A stretch of DNA of 52,884 bases, counting the filler, from Circinaria calcarea (Eukaryota), in assembly GCA_051942165.1 (NCBI GenBank). It is 2 parts of 2 records of this genome, joined end to end, with 100 filler letters (N's around TTAATTAATTAA, not from the genome) between each part and the next. Parts side by side here need not be neighbours in the genome. Positions count along the whole stretch, not along the records: positions 26,545 to 52,884 come from JAVECS010000079.1; 1 more part is not named here. One strand, given 5' to 3'. Both the position numbers and the translations under genes were made by a program. The notes beneath the pieces are model-generated. The model had not been told where the DNA came from and did not search any database. It worked only from the letters and a program-made list of their open reading frames with translations. Shown here piece after piece: positions 35,760-47,800 of the stretch. The first letter of the stretch is position 1, and the number at the start of each line of letters is the position of its first letter.

Positions 35760-37526
35760 CTACTGTTTGATATACGCTCGTCCTTCCCAAGCTTCCAAAC
35801 GCCCCCAAAGGCAGTTTTCCCCCTTGGCGGTTGAGATCAATAGCTCGAGCGAGCCTTTTTCTACGTCTTCGGGGAAGTTTACCTCCACCTCTTCGCTCGA
35901 GAAATTCAGAACGACAAATGCAGCCCTTCCACTAATACCTCGGCCCCTCTTCCAGAACGCAAAAGTTAGCTCGTTCTCTTGGTCGACGAGATGGTATTCC
36001 CCATGAATGAAGAGGTCACCATTTTCTTTTCGGGTTGCAATAGCGGATTTCCAGAAGGCCAGCACACTGTTCTCATCTTGCAGCTGTGCTGCAACGTTGA
36101 TACTTTGATAATTTGGGTTGACGCCGATCCAAGGATCGCCCATGCTGAATCCTCCACTGGGTGATTCTGAGGACCATTGCATTGGAGTACGACAATTGTC
36201 ACGGCCTCGGTCGAGGGCTGCTTTATGTGCTCTCTTCATCATCTCCTCGTCCCCAGGAAATAGTTCTTCGATTTCTCGAAAATAGCGCAGAATCGCTTCG
36301 TCCTTGAAGTCCTCCTTCTTCCAATTCTGGGGAACATTCGTCATTCCAATTTCTTGGCCTTGATAGATAATCAGAGTCCCCGATAACGTGCTGACGAGGA
36401 GAGCTAGCATTTTTGCTGCCGGTATCATATGCTCGCCTTCTCCTGGGCCAAAATGAGAAACGCTTCTCGCACTATCATGATTTTCGAGGAAGGTAGTCGT
36501 CCATGCGCTCGTTCCAGAGAGCAAACCCTGGGTCTTAGAGATTGCTTCCTTAACTTCAGGTAGCTTGGCTCGTCGCATATCGTGCAGCTTGACAGACCAG
36601 TGATTCCCCGCAATAAACAGGTTAAAGTCTATAGTCATGTCTAGTTCTCGAGATTCCGCCGAGACATACCTCAATACTTCATCTCGATCGGTGGCGGGCA
36701 GTTCTCCGATCATAACGATGTCTTTGCCATAACGATCCAAGACCTCAACGCGTTCTTCTTTCAGCCACTCATGTACCTTTGGCCCGTTAAGAACATAGGC
36801 AAGATCCATTGGTTGGAACTCTTGATCGTTGTCAACTATCGGTACGTCTGGAAACCTTGGGTCTTTCCAGTAAGCATTCACCATATCGACTCGGAAACCA
36901 TCCACGCCCTTTTGAAGCCAGAACTCGATCGCACTGGCATGAACCGCTCTCCTGGTCTCCTCATTCTCCCAATTAAGGTCTGGCTGCTCGGATAGGGAAA
37001 GATGAAGATAGTATTGGTCTCGTTCGGGGACGTAAGTCCAAACGCTTCCACCGAAAACTCCGCGCCAATTGCTTGGAGCCTTGCGCTCACCTTGCTCGGT
37101 AAATCTCGGGTTTCGCCAGATATACCAATCGCTGTAGGGATTGGTTCTCGACTTTTTACTTTCTTGGAACCACCGATGCTCATGACTTGTGTGATTGACC
37201 ACCAGATCCATGATCACACGTAAGCCCCTGGCCTTTGCTTCTTTGATCAAGGTGTCCATATCAGCCATATTTCCAACCCTGGCCCATATCTGCTCATAGT
37301 CCCGGATATCGTAGCCCATATCATGGCCGGGTGAGTCGTAGACCGGAGAAATCCAGATGAAGTCTATGCCAAGAGTCTTCAGATAATCCAGAGATAGCGT
37401 TATTCCGTTAATGTCCCCAGTTCCATCACCACTGGAGTCTCTGAAAGAGGCCGGCCAGATCTGATATCCAGTGGCTTCCTTCCACCACTTGTCTGAATCC
37501 GGGGGGATAGGTATGGGAGATGGCAT
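35760..37526 (-). CDS. GH13 alpha-glucosidase (maltase/oligo-1,6-glucosidase type), intronless, no signal peptide
   Basis: WWKEATGYQIWPASF, DMGYD, DLVVNHTS, QPDLNW; catalytic GFRVD, GEL, ENHD; YQGQEIG, GRDNCRTPMQW. First ATG at 37526. Confidence 0.95.
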   Translation of the reverse strand: MPSPIPIPPDSDKWWKEATGYQIWPASFRDSSGDGTGDINGITLSLDYLKTLGIDFIWISPVYDSPGHDMGYDIRDYEQIWARVGNMADMDTLIKEAKARGLRVIMDLVVNHTSHEHRWFQESKKSRTNPYSDWYIWRNPRFTEQGERKAPSNWRGVFGGSVWTYVPERDQYYLHLSLSEQPDLNWENEETRRAVHASAIEFWLQKGVDGFRVDMVNAYWKDPRFPDVPIVDNDQEFQPMDLAYVLNGPKVHEWLKEERVEVLDRYGKDIVMIGELPATDRDEVLRYVSAESRELDMTIDFNLFIAGNHWSVKLHDMRRAKLPEVKEAISKTQGLLSGTSAWTTTFLENHDSARSVSHFGPGEGEHMIPAAKMLALLVSTLSGTLIIYQGQEIGMTNVPQNWKKEDFKDEAILRYFREIEELFPGDEEMMKRAHKAALDRGRDNCRTPMQWSSESPSGGFSMGDPWIGVNPNYQSINVAAQLQDENSVLAFWKSAIATRKENGDLFIHGEYHLVDQENELTFAFWKRGRGISGRAAFVVLNFSSEEVEVNFPEDVEKGSLELLISTAKGENCLWGRLEAWEGRAYIKQ

Positions 37527-38345
37527 CGTGATGGGTTGCAAGATAATGTCTTATCCAGAAGGCGGGGGAAGGATCAATCAAAGTACAATTTGAGAATCTC
37601 AAGCACCTGGCGTTGGACAAGGCTCAGTCCTGGAAAGGTGTGTGAATGGATGGAATACGCTCCCGAAATTTGATCCGGAAGCCTTCCTCTGTCCTTTTCT
37701 TTTTTTCTCCATCCTTTCAGGATCACTGGTTCTACACAGGTTGCTTCGATGTTACAGGAATGCCTGGAGGTGTGTATTTTACTGTAACGTATTTTCCACG
37801 AGGTGCTAACGAAAGATTTAGACTTTCGCACAACAGGTGCATGCCTGGCTGTGCTCAGGATCCCTACCGTTGGTTTTCTCGCCAATCACACCCAATTGCG
37901 ATTCATGGAAATACCACCTACATACCCGGACCTAAGTGTTGCAGTCACAGCCTCTATAGAGGTAGATAAGACTAGTCCTGCACGCTGCTGCCCAAGTGCG
38001 CTGAGTAGGATCTGCCTAGCCTCGCCAGCCACCTGCAGCGGTAGTTCTGCATGCTGTCCGGTGAGTGATCGACGTACTCCGTACTCGGCTCATTCAGACA
38101 CGTCAGCGGCTATGTAGTGGCTTGGCGTCCCGCTGTTCATTCGACCGAGTACCGCGGACATATCCCAGGCACCGCATGAACTTGTATATTTGAACCTATG
38201 GAACGGGGGGCATCGTGCGAGAAAAGGGGCAGATTCACCGGCCACCCAAGAATCTACACATTGCTTGGAGAAATATTCATCAACGAAAGAGCAAGTCTGA
38301 ACCTGTTTTGTTCTTCGACTTCGGAGAGAGGGAAAACGGATCGAA

Positions 38346-39385
38346 ATGAGAATACTCTGCTTACACGGTCGAGGGTCAAATAATCAGGTAAGTTACAAAT
38401 ATTGTACCGTCTCGTCGACGTCAGGCTGATATGTTTGCAACATTAAGATCTTTCAGTTGCAGACAGGTAATGCTCAATTCAACTCACATGAACTTTTCTA
38501 ATTCGCATTGAAGCGTCACTTCGTGCTGATTTAGACGATTTTCAATTCGATTTTGTCCAGGGAACGGTTAGACATACGGAGGGTAATGTAGTACATTAGC
38601 CTATACTCTCACCCTGACTGACCAGAAACGCTATAGGAAACTGGTCATTGTTTACGGCTTCCTTTTCTAACCAGGGTCTATATGGATACTACAACCCTAT
38701 TTCGCCAGCATCCATTCGGCAAGCAGAAGAGGAACTGTTTGAGATTATCGAAAACGAGGGACCGTTCGATGGTGTCCTGGGTTACTCTGGAGGAGCTGGT
38801 CTCGCAGCCCAGCTCATTGTTCGAGACCTCATCGAAAACCCCAAGAAGCTCCTAAGCGAGAGACCATTCCGTTTTGCGGTCTTTATCAATGGGACTACAC
38901 CATTCCGTATTTTCCGGGTCAAGGATGAAGATATACTTCCTGGCGCAGGGCCTGCGCATGATATGATAGCAGAAGCAAACCGAGTTCTGATGCGGTCTTC
39001 GGCAGTAAGAAAGAAAGAGGAAGTCAGCGATGAGGACAGGATGAGCCATGACGCTATGCTTGCTCTGATTGATGGATTCGAGACGCGGACTCTAAGGAAC
39101 GGAACGACTTTCATCTCGAACGGAGAATATGGAATCTACAGACATAGTCCGGACGAGTCAAACGGGGAGCCTCTAATCCGAATTCCAACATTGCATATTA
39201 GGGACCCTGGAGAAGACGAAGACGATGTAAATCATGGACTGAACTTGCTGAAGCTCTGTGATCCAACTCTTGTACGAGAGTTTCAGCACACGTATGGCCA
39301 CGACTTCCCACGCGGCCGGAAGGAGATGAAGCAAATCAGCCAATTGGTTCGAGATATTGCACAGGACTCTTTTTACATTTATTAA
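38346..39385 (+). CDS. FSH1/LovG-type serine hydrolase, candidate trans-acting PKS release enzyme, 292 aa
   Basis: Introns 38388-38447, 38467-38513 and 38583-38636 give MRILCLHGRGSNNQIFQLQT...GPFDGVLGYSGGA (GxSxG)...IRIPTLHI...GHDFP. Confidence 0.9.
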
Positions 39386-39544
39386 CGCTACGTCGGCGGT
39401 CTAGATTCTGTTTGCTTTATTTATAGACGAGAACATGCCGAGTAGATTTTATATATAATTATTGGCAAAGCAATAACACCCTTTTAAGTCTCTATATAGC
39501 AGAAAAGCTCTCTGATATCTCAACTCCCAACCATATTTATATAA

Positions 39545-39743
39545 GGGCCTGTTTGGATTCGTAATTTTATAAAAGTGTATTATAATAAGTACTGAAATGC
39601 AAAATTATAAAACTGTAATCTTCAGTATCATCTATTTTTAAAACAGATTTAAAACAGATTTAAAATATTAATTAATTTTTTCCCAAATACTTTACAGTAA
39701 TTATAAAGAGACTTGCATACTAAAGAAAGGCTAAATCCAAACA
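39545..39743. mobile_element. Tourist-like (PIF/Harbinger) MITE relic
   Basis: TAA then GGGCCTGTTTGGATT at 39545; inverted partner AATCCAAACA at 39734-39743 (outer bases missing); about 200-bp strongly AT-rich interior. Confidence 0.55.
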
Positions 39744-40386
39744 AATGATCAGCTGGATGGAAGCCAGGACAGGGGAAGGTACTTCGGTACTTGTTAGAGG
39801 AGCCCCCACAAACACACTCTGGACAAAACTGATTATTATTCTGACCAATCGGTCGTTCTATCCATCCACCCCGAGCCTTGGCGACTATGACTCAGCCTTA
39901 ATGGAGTCAAATTAAAGTATCCACTAAAGCCAGGCTAGACTGACTCAGGGCGGGTACTTTTAGAATGATCGTCTCTCGAAACCAACCTTCGCCGGGGGCT
40001 CTGGGAACAAATCATCACGCAGCTTCGAACCGGCAAAATCCAACTGGCCAACTCTCTCCACCGCGATCACGATCGAGATTCCTTCAGCTGTCGGGGGTGG
40101 AACAGAATTCGATCACGCGTTCGATAGCCTACCTTGATTATTAATTAAACCCTCCGGGAGGAGAGACCGGCTATCCCATCCGAGAGACCGAGTATTTTTA
40201 AGCTTTCCCAAGCCACGTCGCCAGAGTAGCAGATCTCATGGTAGTGATTGGCTGAGCAAGGCGATTTGAACCGGGCCCGTTAACCGGGGGCGGGGAGCAT
40301 TGCATCGGAATCTTATCAAGACTTAGAGGCCCCGCTCGCTTTCGGCCGTAATTACGCGGATTGAGCACGCTCCTGCATTAACTATT

Positions 40387-41247
40387 GGGTGCAGATCCAT
40401 GGAGACCCCGTTGTGGCTGCTATAACCCCTTGGAGCTCCCTTAGAGCTATCTCTGGACCCCTTGGAGCTACCTGTGGATCCTACAGGATCATACTATATG
40501 CATTCCAAGTACCTCGGAGCTATATCAACGAAACTCAAGGAAAATTGCTATCAGTAGGCTTGGCCAAACAGGGGTGCTTTTGTCTGTGGTGACCAGTTAA
40601 CTCCCCGGTCGGTCGAACAACGGTTTCCTCTGCTACCACAATACTCATCAATAAATCTCGATTTTTTAAATACTTTCTATTTGAGGCTGTCAGCGTTTCT
40701 TTCCAATACATATTCTTAACGCTTTTTTTGTCCTCAACGTCAACCATGTTCTCGATGTCCATGTTCTTAACAGCATCCACGTCCTTAACAGCATTCATGC
40801 CCTGAATTATATCCATATCCTTGACACCATCCATGTTCTTAATACCATCCATGTCCTGAACTGCATCTACGTCCTTAACAGCATCCATGTCCTGAACTGC
40901 ATCCCCGTCCTTAACAGCATTCATGCCCTGAACTGTATCCATGTCCTTAACACCATCCATGTCCTGAACTGCATCCATGATCTTATCATCTGATATAGCC
41001 AGCATCCTGATCCTTAGCTTCTAGCTTCTTCTGTATAAGATATTATGCATAATTAATATAAGAGGATTATACTCAAAAGATTGGTTATTCTTGCCAAATT
41101 CATATTTATTATATTCAGAGTGTTAAGGTAACTGATATATTTTCACCATATTCAAAGGTACTTCCGAGAACTTATAAATTCATGGGGTCTACAGGTAACA
41201 TTCTGGGGTCTATAACGATAATGGTGGCGTTAAATGGATCTGTGCCC
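40387..41247. mobile_element. Putative non-autonomous PIF/Harbinger-like element, about 860 bp
   Basis: 14-bp TIRs GGGTGCAGATCCAT (40387) and ATGGATCTGTGCCC (41234-41247), 12/14 match, TTA on the right flank; inverted subterminal blocks at 40456-40482 and 41184-41210. Left TSD not clean. Confidence 0.55.
40740..40982 (-). repeat. 18-bp tandem repeat (about 13 units) forming a (DAVQDM/DGVKDM)n ORF
   Basis: CCATGTCCTGAACTGCAT-type units; ORF 40535-41005 reads DAVQDM DGVKDM DTVQGM NAVKDG... Confidence 0.85.
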
Positions 41248-41819
41248 TTAGCTATCTCTTTTGTAGGATTCTACGAGCACATGAAGATTCATATCCTAGT
41301 TCTGGCGACATACCGAGATACTTCTGGAACAGGCTTAGCGATGTTCAAAAACCTTTAACAGGAGGCATGAGGATCCACAATTAGTCCTCATGGCTGGATT
41401 TCTAACGCCCGACCTAAGGTCTTACTTACAGTCTCCAAGATAACTTTGCAGTATATCAGGGATTAGACGGGATATGCAAGAGTGGAGCGAAGATTATCTT
41501 GCTGTAAAATGTACGGCGTAACAGGGGCGAAATCCTATCCTTGTCCCGACCTCGTCCATATAGACGAAGGAATACTTTGGGCCTAACGGAGCGAATATGC
41601 GAAGCTTCCTTATCACACGTGAAAGGTTGGTTATTGCTTTTTAATATTAACCTTTTTTTCTCGGCAAGGGATGCCTTTTCATCTTGTATCAGTACTTGTT
41701 GCAGTATTAATATCGTTGTTATGCCGCAGTGGCCTTAAGTCCTCCTCAACCGCAAACAAGTTCTTTATAGATTACAAGTCAGATCATTCATAGTCGGGAA
41801 AGATACAATTGCAAACAAC

Positions 41820-44800
41820 ATGGCCCCTATCAGTCTTGAGGACAACATTCAAACGGCGATGAACAAAACCGCTGAACCCATTGCTATCATTGGCCTTGCT
41901 ACTCGATTCCCACAAGATGCGAAAACAACAGAAGAACTCTGGAAATTCCTCCTCGGAGGTAAATCAGCGTACACCGAATTTCCCGAAGATAGGATTGGTC
42001 CTGGACATTATCACCCAAGTCCAGACCACCGAGGTTCTCATGCAGTCAAAGGAGGACACTTCCTGGCTGAAGACCCAGCCTTCTTTGATGCGCCATTCTT
42101 CAATATTACAAGGAGCGAAGTCATAGCGTTGGATCCTCAGCAGAGACTTGTGCTCGAGAATGTTTATTGCGCACTTGAAAACGCAGGAATTTCACTTGCT
42201 GACGTGACATCCTCAGACACATCCGTCTACGTTTCTGGGTTTAATCATGACCACCTGTTGAACTTGTCCTCTGATCCGGAAACCTCTCTTAAATACAGGT
42301 CAACGGGAACAACAAACTCTCTGTTGAGCAATCGAGTTTCATGGTTCTATGATCTTAAGGGCCCCAGCATGACCTTAGATACTGCATGTTCTAGCAGTAT
42401 GGTCTCGCTTCACCTTGCGTGCCAAAATTTGCGCTCCGGCGAGAGTAATCTTTCAATTGTCAGCGGTGTCACGCAGATCGGCTTCCCGACTGATATCATT
42501 GGCATGAGTAATCATGGCTTCTTAGGACAGCAGGGGAAGTGCTTTAGTTTTGATCACAGGGCTGATGGATACGCTCGTGGTGAAGGAGTGGGCAGTCTGA
42601 TTGTCAAGCGTCTCTCGGATGCGATAAGAGACGGTAACACTATTCGAGCAGTCATACGAGCTACTGGTGTTAATCAAGACGGCCGGACTCCTGGAATTTC
42701 ATTACCTAGTAGTGAGGCCCAAGAAAATCTGATTCGACGAGTCTATGCCTCAGCGGGATTGAGCATGCAGGACACGATGATGGTCGAGGCTCACGGTACC
42801 GGTACTCCCGCTGGCGACCCTATTGAAGCTGCTGCAATCGCGCGAAGTTTCTCATCCAGGAGTAAGGAGGTTCCGCTGTTTATCGGGGCCCTGAAATCCG
42901 GGGTCGGACACCTTGAAGGTGGCGCAGGAGTCGCGGGGTCAGTATCGCTCTTTCCCTATGGCATAAGCCACCTTGCTAACCCAGTTGCAGTGTCATCAAA
43001 TCAATTTTGGTTCTCGAGAGTGGTATAATTCCACCAAATGTCAACTTTGAGAAGGCGAATCCAAGAATTCCCGTCTCGCAATGGAATATACAATTCCCAC
43101 TTCGCCCCACGCTTTGGCCGACTGATGGCATCAGGCGAATCTCTGTCAACTCATTTGGTGTTGGTGGTACAAATGCACATATCATCTTAGATGACGCATT
43201 CCATTATCTCAAGGGCCATGGTCTTATTGGATTGCATAATACTCGGCCAAGCGTCCCTTCTTTGAAAGAATTGAAACTGCTTGTCATACGCCTGCAAGAA
43301 GCTGAGCTGAATGGCAACATCAACACGGTTGCGGATTCCAAGATTCCAAACGGACAAGTTGTGGATTCCAAGATTCCAAACGGACACGTCGTGGATTCCA
43401 AGATTCCAAATGGACACGTCGTGGATTCCAAGATTCCAAACGGACATGCTGTGGAGGAGGCCACGGGAAAGCTGTCAAATGGCGTCAGCCATGGCCGAAC
43501 TGTCGGAGAAACTCCTCAATTGATCCTGTTGACCGCCTTTGACGAGGATGGTGTCGAACGAAATGCGAGACGACAAGTCGAGTACCTGAAGAATATTCAA
43601 CCGCCTACAGAGGAGGAAGGTGTATTTCTCAACAGCTTCGCACACACGATAAACAAACGAAGCGTTTTCCCGTGGCGCAGCTTTGCTCTTGCCAGTTCCT
43701 TCAAAGAACTCTGCCAATCGCTTTCAAGTCCCACGAGGGCGCTCCGTGTACGAACACAACCATCGCTTGGATTTGTCTTCACCGGTCAAGGCGCACAATG
43801 GTATGCAATGGGACGTGAGCTGCGCTCTTATCCTGTCTTTGAGAGAAGTATACGAGATGCGGATGTTTACTTTAAATCCATTGGTGCATCATGGTCTTTG
43901 ATGAACGAGCTTCTCCAAACAAAGGAGAACTCTCAGCTCAATCAACCTTGGCTAGCACATCCTTCTTGCACAGCGCTGCAAATGGCCATCGTGGACCTTC
44001 TCGATTCATGGGGAATCACGCCGAAAAGAGTGGTTGGACATTCTTCCGGAGAGATTGCTGCTGCCTACTGTGCCGGAAAGCTGACTCGTCAAGCAGCATG
44101 GAAGGTTGCATACTTCCGTGGATCTGTTTCCGCAAAACAATTGCAGGCTAAAGGTGGCATGATTGCCGTCGGTTTGTCACCTGCCGAGCTCCTCCCGTAC
44201 ATTAAGCGTGTCAATCGAGAAGGTCCAGGAGAGATTGTTGTCGCATGCTTCAACAGCCCGAAGAATAGCACCGTCTCAGGCGATGAAAATAAAATTGACG
44301 CTCTCCAACAGCTTCTCACTGATCAAAAGGTTTTCGCTCGAAAGCTCTCGGTCTTAAATGCTTACCACTCCAATCACATGAAAGAGGTCGCTGATGAGTA
44401 CTTGTCACTTCTCGGAGACCTTCCCAAGCCAACGGATACCTCATGTACCTCTGTCGAATTCTTTTCAACTCTTACTGGGCAAAGAGTCGAAGACTCGTAT
44501 CTGCCAGGTACATACTGGGTTGATAATCTAGTGTCGCCCGTCAAGTTTGGGGACGGACTCCTGAACATGGTGTCTGGCCGTATCCATAGAGGGCAAGCCT
44601 CTCTAAAGATCAACGCAATAGGCCGAGCTCTTGAGATAGACATACTTCTTGAAATTGGTCCTCACTCTGCGTTGCAGAGTGCGATCAAGGAGAACATTGA
44701 GACTAGATCTGACGCCTCTGCCATCACAACTTTGTCCTTACTCAATCGGAGCAACCCTGGACTGCCAACATTTCTGGGTTCAATTGGTCAGTTGTGTGTC

Positions 44801-47800
44801 CGAGGGTACCCTGTCAAGCTATCTGCGGTCAATAGCCGTTCTAAGGGCAGTCAAGGAGCAGTATCAGGCGTTCCGCGTCTTCTTGTTCAACTACCGGGCT
44901 ATAGCTTCAACCATACGGAGCGAAATATGTATGAGAGCCGGCTCATAAAGAACTACCGCCTGAGGAAGCATCCCAGACACGATCTTCTTGGTGCTCCAGT
45001 CTCTGACTGGAACCCAGAGTACCCAAGGTGGCGACACTTTCTGAATACCGAGGAACAGCCATGGCTACGGGATCATATGATCACGGACGCCATTGTATTC
45101 CCGGCCGTCGGCTATCTAATTGCAGCTCTTGAGGCGTTGCGACAAATTACTAATCCTGAGACCAAGATGACTTCATTTCGATTTCGTGACGTCTCACTCA
45201 AGAGGGCAATGGTTATTCCAGATGACAAAGAAGGCGTCGAGACCAGTGTTTCGTTGAGCCGAATGGACGAATCCAGTCTTTGGGGTTCTTCAATTTGGCG
45301 ACGATTTCAAGTCTCGTCTTACAACCCTGTTGGTGGTGACTGGATTGAACATTGCACCGGATACATCGCAGCCGATCTTGAACCCTCCGTCGGTCAGATC
45401 GACTGTGGCCGGGAACGAAGGGAGGAGGGTTCAGCCTGGAAGAAGGCGCTCAAGGCGGTCGGAGAACGATGCGTGGTCCCAGTTGACATCGGAAGTATAT
45501 ACGATAATCTCGTGACTAGTGGTGTGACATTTGGACCTCTGTTCCGAAATCTGTCTAGCTTGCAAGGTACCAAATCAAAGCTTGGGGAAGCATCGGGCAT
45601 TGTGACTGTACCCGACATTGCAGCTATTATGCCGAAGAATTTCACACACCCGCATCTTGTGCATCCTGCCACCCTTGATCCAATGCTTCAACTATTCCTC
45701 ATGTCGCTTTTGGACCTTATGGGGAGGAAGACATTGGATAGACCAATGGTACCAACTTTCCTTAAAGAGATTTGGATTTCTGCGGAAATCAGTGCAAAAC
45801 CATCTTATCAATACTTCGGTCATAGCAAGTCATCATTGCTTGCATACGACAAATACGAGAGCGAGGTTTCGATATATGATGCTTCTTCCCGCGATCTTCG
45901 TGCCTGTTTCAAAGGAATTCGTGCAACGTTTTTGGACTCCTCGGACAACAGTGCAAATACTGCCAGAGCTCTTTGCCACGAGATTAGGTGGACGCCCCAT
46001 CTCGAGTCACTTACACCTTCTGCGTTCAAACACGTCCCACTTAAAACAGAAGAGGAGAATGTGATCTATGCCGGTTGGATCAGTCGCTTCCAACTAGCTA
46101 CAGTCCTGATGGTTACCGATGCTCTAGAAGCCCTCGGTGACGGGGCCGGTCATGGTTTCGATGGCCACGTTCTGAAGTACTACAAGTGGATGCACCAGAT
46201 TCGCGACTGGCTTCATGAGGACAAAATTAGCGATGTCCGGCTGTCCGAGTGGCGCAAATACTCAAATAATGCTACGGCGAAAAAAAAACTGTTCAAGGAT
46301 GTCGCTGCTCATAACGCCGATGGAGAATTAGCAATTCGAATGGGTGCAAATATTGTCAAAGTATTGAAGAAAGAGATTGAGCCTTTGCACCTCATGTTCG
46401 GACAAGATGACCTCATGGACCGAGTGTACGGGCAAGTTGCCCACTTGGGGGACCTGCCGGCTCTCCAAGCGGAGTACCTGAAACTTGTTGGAGAAAACAA
46501 GTCCAACCTTAGGATATTGGAGATTGGAGCCGGAACAGGCGCCTCAACCGTGCCTATGCTCGAAAAGCTTGTGTCTTTATCGCCAGATGGAGTGATGACT
46601 GCATCGAGGATCGAAACCTATACGTTCACTGATATCTCATCAGCATTTTTCGAGAAGGCCAAAGAAAAATTCAAGAGCTATGGAGATATCATGGAGTATA
46701 AAGTGCTTGATGCAGAGAAGGGCGTCACGGAGCAGAGATTTGAGCTCGGTACATACGACTTTGTCGTCGCTCAAAATGTTATTCACGCGACATCGGATCT
46801 ACATTCAACCTTGAGCAACGTTCGACAACTTCTTAAGCCTGGTGGCCGCCTGCTTCTGCAAGAAGGGGTGAGGCAAGATTTCTTCTGGTCAGGAATCGCA
46901 TTTGGCCAGCTACCTGGCTGGTGGATGGGCGTTGAGGCAATTCGCCAGTGGAGCCCTTGGGTTTCTACATCGCAATGGAATACAATCCTGAAAGGTGCTG
47001 GTTATGCTGGAATCGATTTGAATTTCGCAGACCGCCAGGATCCGAAATTGCATACTCAAAGTCTATTCGTGGCGACTTCGCTGGCCCCAGCAAAACGATC
47101 ACGTAACGAAACCGTCATTATAACGACCAAACCGCCTTCAGAGGGGCTTAATCTGCTAACGCAGAAGCTAAGGACACACCTTGATCAGGAGCTTGGCATT
47201 TCTGGGTGCTCCGTTCTTCACTATATGGACCTAGCAACTACTGATTTGAGACATTCTCTCTGCCTCTCAGTCATGGAATTGGAGCGACCTGTTCTACAGG
47301 ATCTGAATGAAAAAGAATTCGAAAATATCAGACAAATGATCACTATATGCAAAGGGATGCTTTGGGTCACAGGAGACCCCTTGAAACTCCCGGGCTTTGC
47401 GATGATAGACGGGATCACGCGATCAAATCGTTGGGAGAGAGACATTGAGGATGCCAACCTCGTTACGCTTCACATCTCAGATGATGAAAAGAGCATAGCG
47501 AATGCCGTACAACTTGTAGCTCGGATGTATGAGCAACAATTCCTCAACGAGTTACCGTTGGATGGGATCAATGGAGAATATCTAATCAAGGACGGCATTG
47601 TTCTAACAAACAGGCTTGTTGTCGAACAAGGAGCAGACGGATATCTTGCCTCCAAATTCTCCAGACCAAAGCCTGTCATGAAACCTCTTAAAGATGCCGG
47701 TCGTCCTGTTAAACTTGCAACCGCGGCACCTGGCCTATTGGACAAACTGGAGTGGGTCACAGATGAAATCTACGAGCAGCCATTGAAGGAAACTGAAGTT

